Source: an uncultured Bacilli bacterium (lineage in GTDB: Bacteria > Bacillota_I > Bacilli_A > RFN20 > CAG-288). From it: a DNA stretch of 41,331 nucleotides. Location: contig CAKUXT010000001.1 of NCBI GenBank assembly GCA_934700375.1, positions 1 to 41,331 of the forward strand, read 5' to 3'. The translations under genes were made by a program, and so were the position numbers. Of this stretch, positions 1 to 8,628 are shown in pieces. Position 1 is the first letter of the stretch, and the number at the start of each line of letters is the position of its first letter. The notes under the pieces are model-generated. The model ran no database searches and was not told the origin of the DNA. It saw only the letters and a list, made by a program, of their open reading frames with translations.

Positions 1-588
1 ATCGAAGCCTTGGACAATGACAATTCCATTGTCGAAGCCTATAAGAAATCTTTGACTGAAAAAGGATTCACGATGTCTGTCATCAATGGCGAGACTGTCG
101 CACTTTCTGAAAAGGAAGATGTCAGACTCACCTTCGCTTCTGATGGCGGTGTCTTCTATCTCTTCGTCACAAAGAGCACGCCTTCTGTCGATGGCGCATT
201 CGATTTCTTCGATCTGAATCAGATCAAAGAAAAAGATGCTGATCACGCTCTTTGGTCCACAAAGACTGTTTTCTTCAAGATTGAAAAAGGAACATCCGAA
301 TTTAGTGTCGGAAACGGAAGCGATGAATATCTTGCAAATCCGTTAAGAGTCTATGCTAACCAGGTCATCACAGTTTCTACAACGGAAGGAAGCCTTGCAA
401 CCTTGGACTTTACGACAAATGGAAGCAAATATACGACTGCTTTATTAGGAGCCGCTGTTGAAGGCGGAACTATCAGCAAGGGAGACGGAAACCATGTCAT
501 CGTCACCTGTAATGAAGGTGTCACTTCTGTCACAATCACAATGTCAAAGCAAGTGAGACTCAACTCCTTGACTGTCACAAAGAAGTAA
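1..588 (+). CDS. C-terminal fragment of a secreted or surface protein; the 5' end lies outside the window
   Basis: Frame 1 is open from base 1 (IEALDNDNS...). The listed start at 10 is a TTG inside that open frame. The stop TAA is at 586-588 and a strong terminator follows. The visible N-terminal part (..AYKKSLTEKGFTMS..) loosely resembles module ends of the two large lipoproteins downstream. The rest (RVYANQVITVSTTEGS...RLNSLTVT) looks beta-rich, and I recognise no family. Confidence 0.5.
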   Translation: MEALDNDNSIVEAYKKSLTEKGFTMSVINGETVALSEKEDVRLTFASDGGVFYLFVTKSTPSVDGAFDFFDLNQIKEKDADHALWSTKTVFFKIEKGTSEFSVGNGSDEYLANPLRVYANQVITVSTTEGSLATLDFTTNGSKYTTALLGAAVEGGTISKGDGNHVIVTCNEGVTSVTITMSKQVRLNSLTVTKK

Positions 589-599
589 GCTGAAATCAT

Positions 600-630
600 G
601 AGCCTGAGCGAAAATGCTCAGGCTCTTTTC
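600..630 (+). terminator. Rho-independent terminator
   Basis: A perfect 10-bp stem pairs gagcctgagc (600-609) with gctcaggctc (616-625). The loop is 6 nt and a TTTT run sits at 626-629. Confidence 0.85.
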
Positions 631-708
631 TAAACACGGATTTCTGTTTTATCTCTAAGATGGATGGTTTATAATTGAGTCGGCTTACCAATGAAAGGAA
701 CTACAAAA

Positions 709-1083
709 ATGAAAACAATCGCTTTGATCGCACATGACAACAAGAAGAAGGATATCATCAAATGGGCAGAAGAGAACAAGGAGATACTCTCCCGTTTTTC
801 TCTTTGTGGAACTGGAACGACTTCCAAAATGATCTCAGAAGCGACAGGACTTGATGTACACGGATTCCTCTCCGGCCCTTTAGGCGGAGACTTGCAGATC
901 GGTGCACAGGTCGCAGAAAGAAAGATCGATATTGTCATCTTCTTCTGGGATCCGCTTCAGGCTCAGCCTCATGATCCTGATGTCAAAGCGTTATTAAGAA
1001 TTGCAGCATTATATGATGTTCCAATCGCCACAAATATTTCCACTGCAGATTTCATCCTTCACTCCGATCTTCTCTGTAAGTGA
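709..1083 (+). CDS. mgsA: Methylglyoxal synthase
   Basis: The sequence MKTIALIAHDNKKKD...CGTGTTSKMI...SGPLGGDLQIGA...DPLQAQPHDPDVKALLRI is the classic MgsA pattern. The ATG at 709 has AAAGGA 9 nt upstream. The track start at 691 adds 6 residues and lacks an SD. Confidence 0.92.
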   Translation: MKTIALIAHDNKKKDIIKWAEENKEILSRFSLCGTGTTSKMISEATGLDVHGFLSGPLGGDLQIGAQVAERKIDIVIFFWDPLQAQPHDPDVKALLRIAALYDVPIATNISTADFILHSDLLCK

Positions 1084-1163
1084 TTTCATTGTTCTGAAGC
1101 AAAAAAATTCTATACATCAAACAAACGCTTGATTATAATCTTTGGGTAAAAAACACATAGATT

Positions 1164-2159
1164 ATGTTTCAAGCTAAATTTAAAGTACCGAATTATTACA
1201 AAGACTTTCACTGCAAAGGCAATGTCTGCAGAAGCTGTTGCTGTCAGGGATGGATGGTCACTTTGACACAGGATGAGTATTTCATGCTGATGGACGAAGA
1301 CTGCTCCAAAAAGCTGAAAGACAAGATAGAAGCCTATGTCGGTATCCTTCCGCATCCGACAAAAGAAGCATATGCCAGAATCAACTATGACTATACTGGT
1401 CAGTGTCCTTTGAGACTGGAAAACGGATACTGCGGACTTCAGGTGGAATGCGGAGAAGATAAAATTGCATCTGTCTGCAGATACTATCCTCGTGCTCCTC
1501 ATCTTTATCCTTATCCGGAGTGTTCTGTTTCCAATAGCTGTGAAGCAGTCTTAGAGGCACTGGTGAAGGATGATTACTCATTTTCTTTTGAAGAAAAAGA
1601 GTTGTCATTCCTCTTCTCCAATGATGAAAACAATAATTATCCATCAGATTTTGTTGAAGTGAGCGATAAGTGTTTATCTATTATGAAGGATGGAGAAGGC
1701 AATGTGCTCTCCCGATTGAATCGAATTTGTTTCGAGTTAGGAATGAAGTATCTTTCTATTGATAACGGCCTTATCGAGGACGTGAAAAGAACCTATAGAA
1801 AGTCTATCAGCATTCAAGATTATCTTACTTCCATTCCATCTGTCATCCCTTCCATCAATGATATCTATGTTAGTCTTTTAAAGAAATATCCGCGTCTTGA
1901 CCAATATCTTACTAACATTCTTCTGAATCATTTCCTTTATGTTCGCTTTCCCTACGCATCAGCAAAATACACGTATTCAGAGAATGCGGTTGCCTTATAT
2001 TACGTTGCCTATTTATGGCTCCTTCTTCTTTTCTACAACCTGAAATCAGATACGATTGATGAGTTTGTCGACATCACCGGAAACTATTTCCGCGTTGCAG
2101 AACACAGCAATCTGTATGATGTTATTTTGTTCTATTTCAAGAAACGTCAAAAGAAATGA
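1164..2159 (+). CDS. FliB-family Cys-rich protein (flagellin lysine-N-methylase-like)
   Basis: The N-terminus F-H-C-K-G-N-V-C-R-S-C-C-C-Q-G-W, then GQCPLRLENGYCGLQ and SVCRYYPRAP, matches the cysteine pattern I recall for Salmonella FliB and its clostridial homologues. No flagellar genes are in the window, so the substrate is unknown. Confidence 0.6.
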   Translation: MFQAKFKVPNYYKDFHCKGNVCRSCCCQGWMVTLTQDEYFMLMDEDCSKKLKDKIEAYVGILPHPTKEAYARINYDYTGQCPLRLENGYCGLQVECGEDKIASVCRYYPRAPHLYPYPECSVSNSCEAVLEALVKDDYSFSFEEKELSFLFSNDENNNYPSDFVEVSDKCLSIMKDGEGNVLSRLNRICFELGMKYLSIDNGLIEDVKRTYRKSISIQDYLTSIPSVIPSINDIYVSLLKKYPRLDQYLTNILLNHFLYVRFPYASAKYTYSENAVALYYVAYLWLLLLFYNLKSDTIDEFVDITGNYFRVAEHSNLYDVILFYFKKRQKK

Positions 2160-2165
2160 TCAAAT

Positions 2166-2201
2166 AAAACGAGCTTTGCCAATTCAGGCAAAGCTCGTTT
2201 T
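2166..2201. terminator. Bidirectional rho-independent terminator between convergent genes
   Basis: A perfect 15-bp stem pairs aaaacgagctttgcc (2166-2180) with ggcaaagctcgtttt (2187-2201). The A and T runs allow it to work on both strands. Confidence 0.85.
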
Positions 2202-2202
2202 A

Positions 2203-4857
2203 TTATTCTGCGACTTCTGTTTTGTTCTTCTTTTTGAATGTGGTCTTACGGATGAAGATATCGGCAAGATAGATGATGACAGAGACGAGGAAGAAGATCA
2301 TCATTGTCGAAGAGTAACTGAACTGATTCAGTTCACTGTCGCTCATCTTGTACTCATATTCGCTTCCGTTAGCATACAATGTGCCAGAGGAAGAACGGGT
2401 GAGTTCACTGAGCAAGGTATTGTCTCCTGTGGTAGGAAGGACATCGTACTCTTTAGAGAAGTTATAGTAGAAGGTGAAGGTGTTTGTTTCGACTTTCTGA
2501 TAGTTGCCACTTGCATCCTTTTCAGAATAGGTGGCTTCTAAGGTGTACTTTCCGACTTCGCTGACAGGAAGATTGATGTTGTAGGTCTTGTTCTTGGAAT
2601 CATAGATGAGATCTATCTCGCTTGCAGTTCCTTTCGGATCTGTCGCTTTGACATGAACTGCACCATCTGTGCTTTCCTTGTCGACAAGGATAGAGACACC
2701 CATTGTCGTACCGTTTGAACTGGTTGTAAGATCCATCAAGGTAGTGACGCTTCTATCAGGCAATGTCTGATAGATCGCATTCTTCAAGAAGGTCTTTCCG
2801 GAAGAGGAGTTGCGGAAGTCTTTTGTCCAATCAGTGGTAAGATTGCTGGTGAAGGAAGAGACTTTTCCTTTTCCGAAATTCCAATAGGCGTATAACGGAA
2901 TCGTAGCGACACCGGTCACATTGTTCTTTTCATCTTTCTTGATGTATTGAATGGTGAGGACCGTTGTGGAGCCGCCTTTGATACGGCAGTAGTTGTAACC
3001 ATGTAAATCAGGCAACGTCTTGACGTTTGTGAGAACCGGATCATCAGAGGTACGATACTGGATCTGAGCGCTCTGGTTGATTTCGGTGTTTCCGATTTCA
3101 CCGGAGACGGAAGTGAGCATGACGTCGATCAAGCCGGATGCAGTACGGCAGAAATAGTATGTGCCGTTTCCAAGAGTGCTGAGCTTGGTCAGAATCTTTT
3201 TTCCTTCTTCGCTTGAGATGTTGATGAAGGAACAGATGATGTTGTCTTTTGCCATGTTGTTGACGATTCTTTCAAGTTCGGAATCGGATTCACTAGGCTG
3301 ACCATCTGTAAGAGTGATGACATTCTTATATTCGCATTTGGAGTTGTAGACCTGCTCCTGAGCCTGTCTTAAGCCAGCTCCTAATCTTGTACCGCCGCCT
3401 AAGGAGATGCTGTTGATTGCATTGATGATCGTCGATTTGTTCTTGATGGAAGTCATCGGCTGATGAATCTTGACGCTGTCGGAGAAGGAGATGATGGAGA
3501 CATAATCCTTGTCAGAGAGGACATCAAGACACTTGATGGCACCCTTCTTTGCAATGGTGAGTCTGTCATCGGAAGACATAGAACCGGAGCAGTCGATGAG
3601 AAGGACAAGGGCCTTTGCATCATCGGACTCATACTGGACAGGAAGCATGTCGTGATAGCTTGCGATGCCTTCTGAAGAACCATTGGTGTAGGTTGCACCA
3701 TAGGTCAGAAGACTCTTTCCGTAACTATAGACAGCAGTGTTGAGGTTTTCTGTAAATTCGCTGTGATGGTTGAGGTTGAGAACGTTGATGTTGTCCAATA
3801 CGATTTCATCGTACTTCAATAAGGATTCAAGCTTGTAGGGGACATTGGCGGTATCGACATAGGATGAGATCTTTGCGTTATCGGTATAGCCGCCGACATT
3901 CTTGAAGGCGGTAAGATCATCCTGTGTGTTTCCGATGAACAGAACGCTGAAATCGTCTTTGTACTCCTGTGTGAAGGAGACGGTGTTGTTTTCTTTGAAG
4001 GTGTCGCTGTCAGCTTTGACTTCAATCTGGTAGTCGACAGCACCCGCTTTTTCACTGGTGACATAGAAGGTGATGACATTGAGTCCAGGTGCCAAAGTCG
4101 TTTCTTTTTCTTCTTTGAGTTCACCGGAACTTGTCAGGTCAATCTTGACGTTCTTTTCGTTAGAAGACTGAATCATCGCCTTGACGGTCTGTTCTCTGTT
4201 TGTGAAGCAGTGATCGACATAGTCGACACTTCTGATGCTGACTTCGTCAGAGACGGTGTCTTCAAGATAGACGGCATCAAGAGAGATGTTGTCGTTGAGG
4301 ATAGTGGAGATGGTATCGATTGCGGAATTGTCTGTCTCTACACCATCGGTGACAAGGACCATCTTTTTGATGCTGCCATCGGTATAGAGATCTTTGGTGA
4401 AGTTGAGAGCAGAGGAGATATCGCTTGCGCTTCTGACAAAGTCAGGATGCTTGCTACTATCGAAGGCTTCTGAGACGCTTTTCAGCTTCTGGCCTGGTTT
4501 TACAAGAACGAAGCTGTTTTCTCCGAAGCAGACGACACCGCTTGAAGCAGAAGCAGAAGTTGACTTCTCATAGATGTTTTTGACTGTCTCATCGATCTTT
4601 TCGACGTTGGTCTTTTCGGAATCAGAACAATCTACAAGGATGTACATCTCGGTCTTATTGCTGTTTTTGATGACCTGAATATCGCTGAAGGCAAGGGAGA
4701 GAGTGAAGGAGAGAACAATATGGAGGCATAAGGAGAGAATGTTGTTGAGTCTCTTTCTTTTTGCTTTTGGAATCAGGAAGAAGATGACAACGGATAATAC
4801 GACTAAAGGGATGGCGACAAAGAGGAGATAGGGATAGGTGATTTTAATATTGTTCAT
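2203..4857 (-). CDS. Membrane-anchored protein with two von Willebrand factor A (VWA) domains (BatB-like); last gene of the MoxR operon
   Basis: The ORF is 884 aa and its ATG overlaps the upstream gene by 14 nt. It has an N-terminal TM pair and a C-terminal TM (MMIFFLVSVIIYLADIF). Two DxSxS MIDAS motifs are present (ILVDCSDSE and LLIDCSGSMSS). Confidence 0.8.
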   Translation of the reverse strand: MNNIKITYPYLLFVAIPLVVLSVVIFFLIPKAKRKRLNNILSLCLHIVLSFTLSLAFSDIQVIKNSNKTEMYILVDCSDSEKTNVEKIDETVKNIYEKSTSASASSGVVCFGENSFVLVKPGQKLKSVSEAFDSSKHPDFVRSASDISSALNFTKDLYTDGSIKKMVLVTDGVETDNSAIDTISTILNDNISLDAVYLEDTVSDEVSIRSVDYVDHCFTNREQTVKAMIQSSNEKNVKIDLTSSGELKEEKETTLAPGLNVITFYVTSEKAGAVDYQIEVKADSDTFKENNTVSFTQEYKDDFSVLFIGNTQDDLTAFKNVGGYTDNAKISSYVDTANVPYKLESLLKYDEIVLDNINVLNLNHHSEFTENLNTAVYSYGKSLLTYGATYTNGSSEGIASYHDMLPVQYESDDAKALVLLIDCSGSMSSDDRLTIAKKGAIKCLDVLSDKDYVSIISFSDSVKIHQPMTSIKNKSTIINAINSISLGGGTRLGAGLRQAQEQVYNSKCEYKNVITLTDGQPSESDSELERIVNNMAKDNIICSFINISSEEGKKILTKLSTLGNGTYYFCRTASGLIDVMLTSVSGEIGNTEINQSAQIQYRTSDDPVLTNVKTLPDLHGYNYCRIKGGSTTVLTIQYIKKDEKNNVTGVATIPLYAYWNFGKGKVSSFTSNLTTDWTKDFRNSSSGKTFLKNAIYQTLPDRSVTTLMDLTTSSNGTTMGVSILVDKESTDGAVHVKATDPKGTASEIDLIYDSKNKTYNINLPVSEVGKYTLEATYSEKDASGNYQKVETNTFTFYYNFSKEYDVLPTTGDNTLLSELTRSSSGTLYANGSEYEYKMSDSELNQFSYSSTMMIFFLVSVIIYLADIFIRKTTFKKKNKTEVAE

Positions 4858-6715
4858 AAGCGTAGACCCCCCAATCGGCTAAGAAGAAGATAGCAGCACA
4901 GATGACGATAGGAAGAAGGTTATCGAAGATGCTGTTTCCTTTTTTGACTTTAGTGTCGATATTCAAAGAAAGCTTCTCTGTGTCGACAACATGCGGAACT
5001 CTTTCATCGTCAGGATAACGAGAATAGAGATCGATTGTCTTTTCGCTGCCATCCTGGTAGGTGACATTTGTCTGATAGGTTCCGATTTCATCAAGCGTAT
5101 AGGTGAGATAGTCTTTGTTTGTGATAGAGAAGGTCTCTGTCTTTCCACTCGGTGTCTTTAAAGAGACGGCTTTTAAGTTGTTGGATAGCGTGACTTTGAT
5201 ATCGTCTCCGACTTCATATGCGTATTTGTCCATGATCTTCGGATTGGTATACATGAATGCATTTCTCATCAATACACTGTAGTCATACTGCATCGGAAGA
5301 TCGGAATCGTGAAGGTCGAAGGAGAAGACGACTTCTCTTTGCTGATTATCTGTCTTTCCGGCAAAGACAAACGGAATGTTGTCATAGCTGAGAATGGTTG
5401 TGAAGTCGGAAGTCAGAGAGTAACGGACATATTTTTTGACGGCGATATCGTTATGTGCGATATTCGCTGTCAAAGAATTGTAGAGCAAGGAAGAGGTGTT
5501 GTCTGCATAAGTGAGATGGACAGCCTCATCTGCTTCGACTGCTTTCTGAGCGATGAATCCAGTACCTTGTAAAGTGGTGGAAGAGTTGAAGAAGATGATG
5601 GAACCGGATTTAGGAAGAGAGGAAGGAGTGAAAGAATCATAGATATAAAGGTCGTAGTTGATAAGAGGATTGTAGTTATTTGTGCTGACGACTGTGACAT
5701 CGTTCTTATAGTCGGATTTGTTGTTGATCGCGGAGAGAATCGCTTTGATATAGAAGGGATCATCGGAGACCAATAAGACTTTTGCCATAGCGGTATCGCT
5801 GTTGTTATAGACGATCATCTCATTGTCTTCAGGAAGAGAATCCTCATCGACGATCTGTGCTTCGACAGAGGAGATATCTTTGTATTTTCCTTTGACATCC
5901 TTGTATTCGATCTTGAAAGCGTAAGGTGTTGCTTTCTTGACGGAATACTTTCTTGTTCCGATTTCCTCTTTGTTGACAAAGAAACGGACAGTCAGATTCT
6001 TGTCAGAGAGATGAGAAAGGACGCTTGCGTTCATAGAGAGGGTGCTGTCCTCATAGGAATAAGTGAGATCGGATAAGGAGTAATTGTCTTTTTCGATACT
6101 GCAGTCGATGAGATTGATGTTGTTCAGATTCTCGACTTTCTTATCGGTGAGAAGATAACATAAATTGATATTGTTGTTTTCAATGACTTCCTGGGCTTTG
6201 GAAAGAGAATCGCCGAGATCGTTCTTCAGATTCTCAGCCTTCAAAGAATCGACATAAAGGGAAAGCTGGTTTTTGTTTGTGACATTCTGGAAGACTACTC
6301 TGGTCTCTTTTCCGGAATAGACCAAAGAAAAAGCAGAACCGTTTTTGCTTTCTTCTGCTATTTTGTTGATCTCTTTCTTCGCTTTGTCAAAACTTGTCTC
6401 TTCTCCGTCTTTCATGTTCATGGAAGCGGAGCCATCCAATATGAAAAGAACATTGTCAGTCTTGTTGGGAGTCGTGATGATAGGATGGGCAAGGCAGATA
6501 GCAAGAGCGGAAATCGTTGCAATCTGCAGAAGCAAAGCAATCAGGTGTTCGAAGGTGTGAAGGGGGCTTCTCTTCTTCAAAAACTTTTTGCTTAACTCCC
6601 ATAAATAAGTGGAAGGAGTCGTTGATTCTTTGTATTTGTTCTTCAATAGATAGATGATGATAAGGACAGGGATTGCAAGAAGAATCAGAAATGCATAGGG
6701 ATAGAGAAAACTCAT
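4844..6715 (-). CDS. BatA-like VWA membrane protein (aerotolerance-regulator N-terminal domain type)
   Basis: The ORF is 623 aa. Its N-terminus MSFLYPYAFLILLAIPVLIIIYLLK is typical of BatA_N. It carries the MIDAS motif FILDGSASMN and a C-terminal TM (LLPIVICAAIFFLADWGVY). An ATGA start/stop overlap links it to the DUF58 gene. Confidence 0.8.
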   Translation of the reverse strand: MSFLYPYAFLILLAIPVLIIIYLLKNKYKESTTPSTYLWELSKKFLKKRSPLHTFEHLIALLLQIATISALAICLAHPIITTPNKTDNVLFILDGSASMNMKDGEETSFDKAKKEINKIAEESKNGSAFSLVYSGKETRVVFQNVTNKNQLSLYVDSLKAENLKNDLGDSLSKAQEVIENNNINLCYLLTDKKVENLNNINLIDCSIEKDNYSLSDLTYSYEDSTLSMNASVLSHLSDKNLTVRFFVNKEEIGTRKYSVKKATPYAFKIEYKDVKGKYKDISSVEAQIVDEDSLPEDNEMIVYNNSDTAMAKVLLVSDDPFYIKAILSAINNKSDYKNDVTVVSTNNYNPLINYDLYIYDSFTPSSLPKSGSIIFFNSSTTLQGTGFIAQKAVEADEAVHLTYADNTSSLLYNSLTANIAHNDIAVKKYVRYSLTSDFTTILSYDNIPFVFAGKTDNQQREVVFSFDLHDSDLPMQYDYSVLMRNAFMYTNPKIMDKYAYEVGDDIKVTLSNNLKAVSLKTPSGKTETFSITNKDYLTYTLDEIGTYQTNVTYQDGSEKTIDLYSRYPDDERVPHVVDTEKLSLNIDTKVKKGNSIFDNLLPIVICAAIFFLADWGVYAYEQY

Positions 6716-7587
6716 TTGATAATCCCCCTTTGTATCATTTTGTTCAGGAATAATTCTTTCATGTCATCGCCTGTGGAGAGGAAGAGATATTCGGCTTCTC
6801 TTGAATGACAGAAAGAACTCGTTTTTTCGGTGACGAATTTCAGTGCCTTCTTATATGCGTTGAGAACGTCTCTATTGATGTTGTCCTTGTAGAATTTGTT
6901 GTCGTTTTCACTATCGTGAAGCACGAACTTTCCTCTCAGGTTGGGATTGATCTCCTCTTCACCCAACAGCTGGATGCAGAGAACATCTCTCTTCTTTCCT
7001 CTTAAGTAATCGATCGCATCGGTATAGTTGTTATCGGTGAGGAAATCTGAAATCAGGATGGATTTGCCATCTCCGTATCCGACAGTGGAACGGATAATAG
7101 CATCGGAGATGAAGGAATCGCCTTCGAATATGATGTTGTTGAGCTTGTTGACGGAGTTTAAGAAGGCATCCTTTCCGATGACGTTCTCTAAGACAGGAAC
7201 AGCCTGCTTTCCTTTGATGACATAGATGTTGACTTTATCCATATCCTTCAAGGAGAGATAACTGAAAGCAGTGGCAAGACGGATTGCGTATTCTCCCTTG
7301 TTGAAGTACTTCATGGAGGTAGAACCGTCGATATAGATTCTAGTCTGCATCTGTCTCTCATCGAGATAGAGTTTCAGATACATCTTTTCGAACTTGCCGT
7401 AGATATTCCAGTCGATCTTGGTGACATCATCGCCTTCCATATAGTCTCTGTAATCGGCAAATTCACAGGACGAACCATATTTCTTAGATTTATGGTTACC
7501 ACCGAAAAGACCGGCGACATTATCTTTTACCGATAAAGAGAAAAGTTCGATTTGCTGAAGAAACTGTTCGTCGATCGCTTGTTTCAT
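6712..7587 (-). CDS. DUF58 family protein (VWA-like; usual partner of MoxR)
   Basis: The ORF is 291 aa. It contains GGNHKSKKYGSSCEFADYRDYMEGDDVTKIDWN followed by IYIDGSTSM, the DUF58 signature. It lies 3 nt downstream of moxR. Confidence 0.88.
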   Translation of the reverse strand: MKQAIDEQFLQQIELFSLSVKDNVAGLFGGNHKSKKYGSSCEFADYRDYMEGDDVTKIDWNIYGKFEKMYLKLYLDERQMQTRIYIDGSTSMKYFNKGEYAIRLATAFSYLSLKDMDKVNIYVIKGKQAVPVLENVIGKDAFLNSVNKLNNIIFEGDSFISDAIIRSTVGYGDGKSILISDFLTDNNYTDAIDYLRGKKRDVLCIQLLGEEEINPNLRGKFVLHDSENDNKFYKDNINRDVLNAYKKALKFVTEKTSSFCHSREAEYLFLSTGDDMKELFLNKMIQRGIIK

Positions 7588-7590
7588 ATT

Positions 7591-8577
7591 TTACTTTTTC
7601 TTTCTGATTTCTTTTGTCAATAAGCCGATGACTTTATCGACAGTAAGATTATCGTTAATTGCGTTGTAATTGATTTTGATTCTGTGTCTTAAGACAGGAT
7701 AGGCTAAGGCATCGATATCATCATAGGAGACATTGTAGTTGCCGTGGATCAAAGCACGGATCTTTGCACCGGTGATAAGAGCCTGGCAGGCACGAGGAGA
7801 AGCACCATAACGGATATACTTCTTTGCAGTATCGCTGGCATCATCAAGTTCGGAATGTGTGCTGTGGACAAGTTCCATTGCGTATTCAAGAACCTGAGGG
7901 AGACAAGGGACATCCTGAGCGAGCTTTCTCATATGGAGAATGGTTTCGCCATCGACGACCTTTGTCGCATTTTCGTTCATGTTCTTCTGTGTCATGTTGA
8001 CGATGTCGCCGAGCTCTTCGACGTTCGGATACTCCATGATGACCTTGAACATGAAACGGTCCATCTGAGCTTCAGGAAGCGGATAAGTACCATCCTGTTC
8101 AATCGGGTTATCAGTTGCTAAGACGAAGAACGGCTCAGCCATCGGGTAAGTGACGCCGGAAACTGTGACTTTGTGTTCCTGCATGACTTCGAGCATGGCT
8201 GCCTGTGTCTTCGGGGTAGCACGGTTGATTTCATCAGCTAAGATGATCTGTGCGAAGATAGGTCCCTTCTGGAAGGTCGTGACCAAGTTTTCGTTTTCGT
8301 CTTTACGGATGATGTTTGTACCAGTGACATCGTTCGGCATAAGGTCCGGTGTGAACTGAATACGGGAGAAAGGAAGGTTGAGCGTCTGTCCTAAGGAACG
8401 GACAAGACGTGTCTTACCAGTTCCAGGGACACCTTCAAGCAGGACGTTGCCGCCTGCGATGACGGCGATGACAACGTCATCGATGACTTCTTCCTGACCG
8501 ACGATATCTTTGTGCAACTCTTCTTTGATCTTCTTGACTGATTCACTGAATTCAGTGATTAATTCTTGATTTTCCAT
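7591..8577 (-). CDS. moxR: MoxR-family AAA+ ATPase
   Basis: The ORF is 328 aa, with Walker A GVPGTGKT and Walker B IILADEINRATPKTQAAMLEVMQE. The length is typical of AAA_3 proteins, and the C-terminus has the RYGASPRA motif. Confidence 0.93.
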   Translation of the reverse strand: MENQELITEFSESVKKIKEELHKDIVGQEEVIDDVVIAVIAGGNVLLEGVPGTGKTRLVRSLGQTLNLPFSRIQFTPDLMPNDVTGTNIIRKDENENLVTTFQKGPIFAQIILADEINRATPKTQAAMLEVMQEHKVTVSGVTYPMAEPFFVLATDNPIEQDGTYPLPEAQMDRFMFKVIMEYPNVEELGDIVNMTQKNMNENATKVVDGETILHMRKLAQDVPCLPQVLEYAMELVHSTHSELDDASDTAKKYIRYGASPRACQALITGAKIRALIHGNYNVSYDDIDALAYPVLRHRIKINYNAINDNLTVDKVIGLLTKEIRKKK

Positions 8578-8628
8578 TGTGATAACCTTTCATTGTCTAT
8601 TAGTAGTCGTGTAAGCCGTGATTCTTAG

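Noticed and set aside
2056-2541. Mid-size ORFs overlapping confident genes in other frames or strands: 2056-2541 +, 14928-15461 +, 16883-17365 -, 31468-31953 -, 33905-34312 -, 36423-36959 - and 39969-40352 +
   Set aside because: All are nested inside genes with strong family signatures. They have no SD, and their translations are compositionally odd (Ser/Arg/Cys/His-rich). They are typical shadow ORFs.
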